64,000 nucleotides of DNA from Trichoplax adhaerens (lineage: Eukaryota; Animalia; Placozoa). The notes beneath the pieces are model-generated. The model had not been told where the DNA came from. It made no database searches and saw nothing but the letters and a program-made list of their open reading frames with translations. The translations under genes and the position numbers were made by a program. This document shows, piece by piece, positions 53,501 to 64,000 of the stretch. Every line of letters starts with the position of its first letter. Positions within the stretch are counted from its first letter, which is position 1. Where the stretch lies: positions 62,001-126,000 of the forward strand of contig NW_002060943.1 of the NCBI RefSeq assembly GCF_000150275.1, in the 5' to 3' direction.

Positions 53501-56500
53501 ATTATCTAAGTTCCTAATATGCAGCAAATATATCTTAGCGAAGAATTTTTCAGGTATAAAAATCTATATTCCTAAAGCGTTATTAGGTGAAAGCATGCTG
53601 GTACTCTTTGAAAATCTTACAAATGTTGCAGAGAAATAAGGCCTTCAAGTGCGCTTTCTGGTACTTGCTCTATCATATTATCTTTTAAGTTCCTAATAGG
53701 ACAAGGTAATGGAGAAAGCTTTTTAAATTCATAAATTGTATTTAAGCGAAATAATTTTCATTTTATTAAATCAATTAACAAGGTGAACTATATAATGCTG
53801 CCACGGACTACTCTCTAGATAAAAAAATAAAAAGTATTCTGCTCTTCTAGATTGCTACAGTCAATTACTATTTTAGCTTAGGTCTGGAACTACCCTCTAG
53901 ACTGCAATCACAACGGTAAACTTCACAACTTCGAGCTACTTCTACTTTATTCCAACTAATACAGCCAACGCTATATTCTCGTGAAAGCTACAAAAATCAA
54001 TTGCTAAGGAGCAATATTTGCAATTACGAGTCAATCATAAAGCTTAGTTGACCAAACCTACATAGGAAGAAATCTACTAAACAAATACTTAATCTATACT
54101 ACTATTGAAGGTGCATTTGCACCTTGACAAATGCATATTTATTTAGGAATCAATAAATGATATTAGACGATTCTAACCAGCTATGACCCAAGTATTATCA
54201 GAATATAAGAAGAATGTATAAGAATAACGTTATCTATAATTCTTTACCGTTTATTTACGTTTACCATTATTAAATTACAAAATGGCTAAACAATATTTCT
54301 ATCCGAAAAGTTGATTGTGCTCGTAAATCGTGTAATCTTGAAAAATTCGTTCTTACATTGTTTTTAAAGAATACAAGCCATAAAATGTCATATTGCTAAT
54401 GTCCTTGATTTTGTTCTTGGATAAATTCCTGAAATGCATCAAAACGAAATGATATTATTATTCTCTGTAAACTTTTCATTAGTTGGAGAAAATACATGTG
54501 CTAGTGTAATACCCATAATAGATTCCTAAGGATATAAATTTTAAAATAAATAAATTAATAATATACGGTGGTAACCATGATCAGCTTATTAATTAATGCT
54601 TAAGATCTACGCTAATTTGGGAATTGATTCGCACAGCATCATAGCATTTAAGCTACAAAATAACATCTACTTTAAATGGTATGACATATTAATAATTTAT
54701 AAGTTTATTACATCTTCCTACGCACTAATTTCGTCGTAAGAGCAGGTGTCGTACTCGATATTACGGTAATTTCAGTAAATAATATTGCTGACTGAGAAAT
54801 TCTTACAGCGTAATACGGAATTTTGCTAGTTTGGGTATACTTATGATGTTTATTCATTCCGCTGTATAATGCAAGTGTATTTGTCGAAAACATATCTTAC
54901 TATGCTTTAAATTGTTTTAATTTTATGACATTAGAAAATTCATCGCACCTTTCCTGAATCTAGATTAGTAGTAAAATAAAGGTATTTGACAATATTACTT
55001 ACAAATCGGTTAGTGTACCAAGTTCTTTGAACGCTTGATCACATATTGTGTAAATGTGACTGTTTTGAAGCGAACTGTAAATTTAAAATGATGAAACAAA
55101 AATCTAAATTTACTACTTTATTACAAAATCTACAAATCAGATTTCTGGAATTACTTATATGATTATTTGATACCGTAAAAGAAATTAAGAATTATACGAT
55201 CATCAAAATCATTTTACCTTGTAAACAAATTTTATACTTTGAAATTAATGTTTAATAACTTTTAGCATTAGAGCTATCGATAAATTTCTAATATGGATAT
55301 TTTTCTTTGTTTATAATGATAGATAAACGATTAAATATTATAAAAACATCCGTTATTTCGATATATCTGCATTAGTAGTATTGTAGCTATTAGCTTACAG
55401 TTTTTCAAGCCTTGGTAAAAGCTTAATAATCCCACAATCCAGATGGTGAATATATCCCATTGTCAATTCGCTTGAAAAATTAATAAAATTTACTATACTT
55501 GCATTGATAATTGAACTTATCTAACAGGTAGTTGCTGTATTATAATCAAGACATTATCACTACGAATACAACATAACTGCCACTTTTAGTTTCTTATCTG
55601 TTTTAAAGGCTACTTTTTTATTCGCCTTAGTTTGTATTTTAACTAAGTAAAAATTGAAGGCCCTTAATCCTAGTTCACAATTCGACTAAGATGTACTCCA
55701 GAGTAAGTCAAACGCTTAATGCTATTATTACATACATCTACGTAATACTGGAATATATTTCACATTAGTAGTTACGTAATAGATGATGAAAATATATTAT
55801 CGTCTCTTACAAAATACAATATGTAAAGGCATAGAATTATTTTTTTCTAATATATGCCATTGAATTTCAATAGATGGCATAAAATCTATCAAAGGTTCAA
55901 ATACAGTGAAGCAGCCTAAAAGAATCGATACTAGACCATCAATGACAACTATAGAATTCTAAAGGCTTAAGTTTTAAATCAAGCTTTAATAATTAAAAGT
56001 CATACTTACAGAATTGTCAGATTAGCCATATTCTGGAATGTAGTAAAGGCCAAACCTCTATGATTCGTACTAGAGAATAGTCTAAAAGAATTTACCATTG
56101 AACTTAAGATGGCATAATTGGATAATTAACATAATAGTTTGCTCCGTATCTTTTCATTTCCTAAGACAGCAACTGTCATATCATCACTTGATCGATATTG
56201 TAATACGGTCTAAAATACTCTTATTCACATACGCGATACTAAGGTGAGGCATTCCCAGACCAGCCTTTTGTGGTATTTCTTGGATTAAATTACGAGACAT
56301 ATCTCTGCATTATAATTAAGAATTAGTTATTATAGCATTCAATAAAAGTGTACCTTAATAATGCAAGATTTAACCAGGTTATTTCCATGCTGTATTCTCA
56401 AGCGATTGTAAATAATTGTCATAATAAAATTAGTCAGATATTAACTATTGTACGCAATAGCAATTTCGTCTACAACTACTGCTACAAAATTCCAATATTA

Positions 56501-59500
56501 CAATTCATTTTGTGTAAATCATCCACTTTTCTTTTAAGTTCTAATCTCGAAAATATGTAGCGACAATATTATAAAGTAGGATACGATACTATTTTACATT
56601 CGGAAACAGATTCTTTTATTTGATGAAGAAACTGTAGACTGGTACTGCTCTAAATTTTAAATAACGGCGGAGATTTTTATGTAAATGATAGAAAACTAGT
56701 TGTAAACTTAGAATTTAACGATAAAGAAAGCATTTTTACAAATAAATACGATTATATGGTACAAGGTTACATCTACAGTAATGCACAATAATTTAAATTA
56801 TTACATTGGTATCGTCATATAGCAAATGCAATATTATCTTCAACCTACAGACTTTTCAGGTTATTCAAGTTTAGGAACGTATCTACGTCCAAGAATCGTA
56901 TTAGTGTTTCACTTACTTCCCTAATTAGAATGTCAATAAATTGATATAAAATTTCTAAGTGCTTAAATTTACAGTTAGTTTAATCGTCTTTAAGAATAAA
57001 CTATAAAATAAAGCTGTTATGCAGTTATCTTAATAACACATGAGTAAATACATAGTCATAATAAATTTAAAACCTAATGTATGCATCAAGTGTCTATGAA
57101 AAGTCTGTATCCAGATGCCTTTTAGCATCACGTCCGCTTTAGGACCCAAAATACTGACTGTCATGTAACATCCGTGAATAAAAAAGTCTATCGACTCAGC
57201 CAACGTTTCTATACAAGCTATAAAATCAAGTCATATTGAAGTACAAACTATTTAGTGATATAGCTGTAAATATCAATAATAGTTACCTAAATGACACTAT
57301 AAAACTCTTCAATTACCTTTGTAATATTGCTGATAGATAGATAAAATAAATTAATAATTTTTAGTAATTTTTAAATTAATTAAGGAAAAGCTCTTGTGAT
57401 CTTGTCATATTTGCTATATATTGAGACTGTTACGTTCGCATAGTACCAAAATAGTGGATATTACTTCGGTTCAGTTAAAATCAACTAAGCCCAATATACT
57501 TGTAATACACCATTGTGGATTATTATTATCGGTACATTACGATATTAAACTAGTATTTCTTCTACACATGTGTAGATTTACTGATTAGCAGAAATCAGTC
57601 CCTTAGTTACTTAGTTCTTGGATAAAGAGTTGCCTGTTCAGGATTATCGTACTATTATTGTTAGTAATATACGGACTACGCGCTTGTAGTTTATTAAGAA
57701 ATTAATGACTGATAAAGTAGCCAAAGAGTGCATATACATCACTAAATTTAGGCAGAGTGCCTCTAGCGATCAGTAAACAACGCAATTAGATGAGGTTTTA
57801 GGCCAAGATATTTTCGAATATTTTGATCGATCAATTCTTAGATGTAATAAGCCCAACTCCCTTACAAACTTGTAATAAAACCAATGTTATGATTAAAATA
57901 TCAAAATTGTTTCCGTTAAGAAGTTTAAATAAATACGTTAATTCGAGTGATTTGGAGGATTAAAAATTAAATCATAAAAGAAATGTTTTTATATAATGTT
58001 TCAGATGCTACTTATAGCAGAAATCAATTTCTTACAATATTTCCAATTTTTGCAAGGGGTCGAACACATGCTTGGAAAATTCAGTAATAGGATTTTTTGA
58101 CAACTTCCTGTAAATTAAAGAAACTTATGAGACCTCTAAATTTTACCTGATAGTATTATACCGTGATAAATGACTTATAGCACTACGTTCTACTGTGATT
58201 TATTTTTATTATTCATATCTACAAATAATACGATTTATAGTTTGAATCTTTTAAAATATGATTTTTAGGAATAGCTGAAGCGTTTACATGATTCTAAGGT
58301 TTCTTAATCCGTTGAAAGCCTTTTCATGAATGGATAGAATGTGAGATTGTTCAATTTGTCTAATTGAGAAGTATAGCTACAATATTAAGTCATTAGAACG
58401 CTACAACCCAATTTTATCATCAATAACTTACAAAACTTGTAAAGATTTCAAATTTACGAAGGCATGTTTGTGAATTTTTGTTATATAATTCATTCCTATA
58501 TTACTATCAGGACAAATATATGTTTTATGTCTTATCATACTTTTAAATCAAAAATCTTCCACGAAATTAATACCCAAAAAGACTTACAGCAAGCGAAGAT
58601 TTGGTAAATTCTTGAGATATTCTTGGGATATAGCTTCGCTATTAAGTAGATTTTGGTACGCATTGCTACATTAATAACATAAGACAACCTCAAAATTTTT
58701 TTGATAATACTGTAAATGGACTGTGAAATTAAAAATTAAAATACTCTACAATTGATATAGTTACCATATTAATGTATGATTGCACGGCAACGAATATTAT
58801 ATTCCATCTACTATATTCAAAAACGTTACATATTCTAGCTATACGCTTATTTTAAGAAATTTTATTTTTCCTTCGTGAATACTTCTTTAATTTCGCCTTA
58901 TATCTTATTTTGCAATGTATTCTCAAGCAGATTTTGTATTTATGTGACTAGCATGTGCTAATTTAATACTAACATGGTGTCATTTTGTAACCGTTATTAA
59001 TTCAAGTTATATCGCAAATTTACAATTCTTACGGCTAAGCGATATCTATACAGAAATTACTATATTTCAGGAGCCACTTGATAATTTATCTAGAAATGAA
59101 ATAGCATAAATCATAAATATTGTTTTAAAACTTACAGTTCATATATCCAAAGTTGAGGAATGGAGGTATCTATCGGAAATTCCTGCATGTAACTGCGGGG
59201 CACCATACTTGATGATGAAAATTGAATTTAGTTCGTGAATTATGAGTATAACTTATAGCTATTTTCTTTTAGTGTATAACTCATATATTTTTCGCTATTT
59301 GCACCAAATAGACATCTGTATCAGTGTCATGGCACTAGTCTAGCTATAAGAATCCAAAATGCGTTTAAAAGTCAATTTCTAACTATACTCATGGGAATAG
59401 AGTAGCCAACTTGTAGACAGTTTTAGGTATGCTAAGGCTGCCTATTAAAAATTAGTAACTATGTTACTATCCCTAAGACAACAAACGAACTACAGTAGCC

Positions 59501-62500
59501 GTAATATTGTATAACCCTTCACAAATATAGTATAGATAATAATTTTTATATAAGCTAACTATTTAAAATGCGGTGTGGCACAGATCATCTGTTTATTTTT
59601 TTCCAATTGATGATAATAAATACTGTACATCACCCATAGAATTAAAATAAAAAGAAACTATAACGCTTTTTCATGTAGAAGCTTATCGAAGTCTTAAGAA
59701 ACAAAAAAAGGAGTCTATCACCTGAATCTTGCAGATTCAAATGAATACTGCAATAGATAAAGGTAAATTATGCCCATCGGCTTGAGACATAACTTAATAT
59801 TGGGATTGTAGACTACAGTATTAGCCATACTTAGGATATCAACGTAAATAAAGTAGTCGTTTCTATATTGGATCAATGACTGTCCATTGTCAAATGTTGT
59901 TAGTAAATTTTAACACGTGTAAAATGCGGTAGAATATTGCTGTACTGATTGTAGCTACGAACGTTACGAAAAGTATACTAAAATAAGTCAATTAACTGTT
60001 AGAAATTCCTAGTTGTTGTAATTCCATGTTAAATGTAGAGTAGCACTGTAATACGTAGAAAACTCGCTGCATGCGTGTAAGCAAGTAACAACTGAAATAT
60101 GCCTTGTGCATACTGTATAGCCCTCAACGATTCATTTCTTAATTTCTATTGCCAACGCAACGAGACTCATAAACCGTCAACGAAGAGTAATCAAAGTTAT
60201 TTCTCAATTATTTACGAGATGAGATGTTGATTATTGACCTTTTTTGGCATTGTGTTCTACAGACTGTAAACTTCAATGTATGAAAATACTCTAATAGGCT
60301 GCTAGATTACCGATGACCATTATCTGCTGCACAGTAATATGTTACTAATTATATTCCGCAAAATTAAAATTGAAAATACACGTAGAATGTCTCTAAGATG
60401 ATTGTAACTACAGATATTATAAAAAAAATTAGAATACTTTCAAAGCTTACACTGACTGATAGGGTATAATCCATTTCTTAGGTAACTGAATCTTAGAACG
60501 AGAAGTACAGACTAAGCTTGTATTTGAACATGAACATTTCTTAATACATGGAAGTTGATCTAAAATATAGATGAAAGCAATATACAGCTCAGAGCCATTA
60601 TACTTTAGTGTTCTTTTCTATGAACTAAAGTAAATTTCGTAACAAAATCAAAATTTCCAACCTTAAAATAAATATTTGATAATACTACAGATTAAAAAAT
60701 ATATTTAATATTAATTAAAAGGCAAAGCGCTAATTCTATTTATATAACATAGTCTAGAAAATTATGAGGTAATATAATTAATCCATCATTCCTTAAGAGA
60801 GCGAAACTAAGTAAATGTGAGAATATAATAAACATACGGCAGCGTTCTTTTTTCATTGAGGTATTAGAAATTTTCCATAAAGGACATAAAGAAGGTTTAC
60901 AAACTAGAAATAAAAGTGGCATCATGATTGCTACTTTCTAATGATAGCACACAATCTATTGCTTGGATATGCGGTTAAATCTTCACATTATTCGTATACT
61001 TACTCGAAGCGAAATCGATTTTTTTATGCTTCTTACAAGAATCTTGGGTGCAATTATTTACGCTATTTGGAATCACTGCAGTATCCAGAGGTACTAAAGC
61101 AGAAAATACTAGCATTAATACGGGTGTAAGAATCACAAACAGGTGCAGCACTATGCCCTTGTGATAAAGTGTTTTCTCAAAAATATAACAAGAACTACAG
61201 CTTCTTGTAAACTTTAATTTATTACATAAGATTAGGTTCGTCTAACAACTACCAAGGACTATCTAACTTATTACAGCAATATTCACGATTTATATACAAT
61301 TAGTTTAATTTCAGTTTTAAGCTTAATCGGGCCTGCAGTACAGGTTTTAATAACTAAACCTGTCATCAGGATCTATGCAAAATATTAAAATCTATCACAG
61401 CATTTGTTTAAGATCTTTGTGTAGTCAAAGTGATATTGGTACTTTTTCGTTTTCAACATCACCATACTTATACTGATAGCTAACCATTTTTAGTAATCTG
61501 CATTCCTTGGAAAGCCTCACGATCTATCGTACTAAGAAGTAGGTTATCGCTAGTGCTAATGCATAAAGCGACATTACTTATTTCGCCTTGTAGCGATGAA
61601 CCGCATATCTGACTGTATTAATAGCTATGGTAGTTATATTTAATTAAGAAAGTCATATTTCTAATAAGGAATCTTATTACGTTGCTAACATTAGAATATT
61701 AGACCTATTGCATAATAGATTGGACAATTTACAATACTAGACATTGTTAATTATTAATTATAATTGGTTAAATAAGCATAGTACTAGGCCTATGTGAATG
61801 AGTGTACTGCAATGGTGAAGATACCCAACACTTTGTGGTGTTGGATAATAACAGAAGAGTAATGACATGTTAAGCATATTGGAAATTACGGTAGGATATA
61901 TAGATGACCCATTTTAAGGGAAAGTATTTTATTTAATAACTCAAGTCTGATTTTTGGCAACTTTATTGCAGTAAATATATCTAATGAAATATATTTCAGA
62001 AATGCGGATAAAAGCTTCACTCCTTTTGAGACCAGAATTCTTTATTTTAGATCAATCTTAATAGTTAAATATAATTCCAGTATTCTAAAGTATTCTACTT
62101 TAATCATTTTTAAATCTCATCTGTACGAAGATTATTAATTATAAGAATTAAATATTTATGTTAGATAGAGAGATTGTTAGATACTTTTATTACACATCCA
62201 TTAAGGTCTTAAGCTTATCTCATAACTTATCTGAAATGAAAGTTTATATTTTTCTTTCTTATGTTCATTATTCAAATGCTTACGATCAAATTATTAGCTG
62301 ATTTTTAGATAATGGGTATTTTGACGCTTAAAAGTAAAGAAGCAATATAACCTGAAAATTCAGTAACTATCTTTTACGGTGAAATCAGTAAACACTAACC
62401 GCAATCGACTTCGTCGTATCCATTCCTACAATCTAGCTTGCAGTCACAAAATTGCGATACCATAATTTGCTGTTCAGAATCACCGCAGCGTAAGCCTAAG

Positions 62501-62737
62501 GCTTCTATATCATAAAAGATAATAATAAGAGAAACATCACAGTTTACAATTGTGGATAGGTTTACAGTTAAGGTATTTAATAATCTCTATTTTGTTAACA
62601 AATGCTTGCGATATGAAGAAAAAGATCATGAAGATAAATTACTATTGGGTCTAAATTTTTTCATACATACCTTGAATAAGTAAGTTTATAGCCACAATTC
62701 TTAAAATTAAAACGTGGAATTTATTCACTCGCTTCAT
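37506..62737 (-). CDS. Giant LDLa-LRR GPCR (RXFP/GRL101-like, type C LGR architecture) with at least 49 LRR exons
   Basis: Signal exon 62737-62671 (MKRVNKFHVLILRIVAINLLIQ), LDLa exon 62504-62400, LRRNT exon 60559-60451, at least 49 stop-free phase-2 exons of about 63-81 nt between 59207 and 39645 (e.g. DLASNKYSDIPDFAFVKLIRLQKL 42792-42721; NLRNNPISDISPDAFTVFSNAQVL 52216-52145), then hinge+7TM exon from 38597 (YLCCHAP..CRP..STCNDIL, NLSAADLLMGLYL, ITVDRF, TDLICWLP, NSCINPILY). One-base frameshift near 38401; phase-1 donor AGGC|gtaagt at 37537. Confidence 0.88.
44969..45130 (-). mobile_element. Degenerate LTR-end fragment in an LRR-GPCR intron (similar short end at 39008)
   Basis: Starts tgtcacaaaacaactttcg and contains aggtttaggttaataaatatatttatt, matching the element at 63707. 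Confidence 0.4.
45345..45642. repeat. Diverged intronic direct repeat (~185-bp spacing)
   Basis: tcgattgagcagttgaagg..cataataagaaattaataattgcgttttt..atcgatacagga versus tcgattgagctattgaaga..cataataagaaatcaataattgtgttttt..atcgacacagaa. Confidence 0.8.
62400..62504 (-). CDS. LDL-receptor class A module exon of the LRR-GPCR
   Basis: ALGLRCGDSEQQIMVSQFCDCKLDCRNGYDEVDC with the CD...DC..G.DE..C signature; phase 1-1 with good splice sites. Confidence 0.85.
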
Positions 62738-63706
62738 GTTCACTTTCATCCGTATTCAGATTAACGAATTTAATTGTTGTTCCGTCACATTTTATAACTT
62801 AACGAAGGGCATAGATAGGCGTTGAAATAGATTATAATTTTAATTGGCTACTTTTCAAATAGTTAATCCTTTGACTGTTTTGTTTATTGTGGCTGGATGA
62901 AAAACTATATTGAATTCTTCATAATTTCTGAAGAAAAGAGTAATTCGAATACGCACACATATATCAAACTTTTGTTATACAATAATATAAAGTATAATTT
63001 GTGAAGAATAGATTGTAAAGTGAACCTACACACTCCAACTTTTTCTCTCAAGTTCAAAAGACTTTGTAGCCATAACTCGTAAGACTTCTACGTGAAGACT
63101 ATTCATTAGCTTTGCTTAGCTTATTGGCTTAACGAATTTGACTTTTGTGCCTCTGATTTTATGAATCGGCTTTGGCGTTAAAGTAGACTATTCTAGTTGG
63201 TTTTATTTCAAATGGTTTAATTAGTTGATTCTTTTTAGTTGTGATTTGGAAATATCGGTCTAAATTTTCTCTAATTACGATATCGATAATCTCAGAGGGT
63301 GGATGAGATGACTTAATAAACTTCTAAAGACTGTATATAAAGAACTTCCGCTCTACTTTGCTTTAGATGAGAGAATAAATAATATGTGTCATTGATAGCA
63401 TAAAAATGAAGATTCTATCTTCTCAGAAAAAAATAATTAGTTTATTACTGTTATTAATTATCTGTATGTTACAGTGTTATAACACTGCAGAGATTAGAGT
63501 AGAATTATCTATGATAAGGCAATTTTATTAACTTGCCCTTATTTAGTCACTTTCTAATTTAGATATATTGTCTTATAATATAATACAGGCTTTTGTATGA
63601 TAGCGGTATACGACCGAAAACTATATATATATACTGAAATTAATAGCTATATAAGGGATTCGAGAATAATCTATCCGTAGGTTGAATCACTGTGATTATA
63701 CCTAAT

Positions 63707-64000
63707 TGTCACAAACAGCTCGCGATGGAGATACCTTGGATCACTAAAACTCCTTAAAAGATAAAACTATAACAGCTAAATATGTCTACAACAACAGACT
63801 AGGAGTAGGCTAGGTTTAGGTTTAATAGAATTTATTTAATTTAGAAGTCTTGACATCCAAGGCTACTTCATCTACACACGCATACTACACGCTAATTATC
63901 AAATGATCAGTTAATGAGGGCACCGGGCTTCATATACCCTCTCTCGGCTGCACAGCTTACTGTAGATAAATAATTCTAAAACTAATATAGATTTGCATGG
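63707..64000 (-). mobile_element. Diverged LTR of the same family as 23323-23923, cut by the window end
   Basis: Colinear shared blocks: tgtc..cagc..cga..gaga, gtcttg(a/c)catccaag(g/a)ctact, gggctt..tataccct..ctcgg(c/t)tgcac..tgcacagctta, ctaaaac. Confidence 0.75.

Noticed and set aside
60740-60925. Hydrophobic ORF as signal-peptide exon of the LRR-GPCR
   Set aside because: No phase-1 donor; 62737-62671 plus the LDLa exon fit phase and architecture better.

Overview
AT-rich eukaryotic, intron-dense animal DNA; gene style (short introns, RXFP/LGR-like GPCRs, secreted fibrinogen-like proteins) suggests an early-branching metazoan such as a placozoan (inference only). The ORF track misses most of the content because the genes are split into small exons, which I assembled by hand from GT/AG sites and phase. 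Main contents: (1) 1.9-9.0 kb, a tandem exon+intron array of 28 phase-1 exons (mostly 96 nt), each encoding a 32-aa module with about 10 Cys, together a candidate giant (~860-900 aa, ~270 Cys) metallothionein-like protein with an MRE upstream; (2) three paralogs of a secreted fibrinogen-domain-like protein (one intact, one frameshifted, one pseudogene); (3) an LGR-like 7TM GPCR with no ectodomain found; (4) a 601-bp solo LTR with 5-bp TSD and related fragments; (5) a compact 10-exon RSF1 ortholog; (6) a ~25-30 kb minus-strand gene: signal peptide, LDLa, LRRNT, at least 49 one-LRR exons, RXFP-like 7TM, whose tail donor is phase-compatible with four downstream exons encoding a pseudokinase fold (candidate GPCR-pseudokinase fusion). 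All gene models are manual and untested against transcripts.
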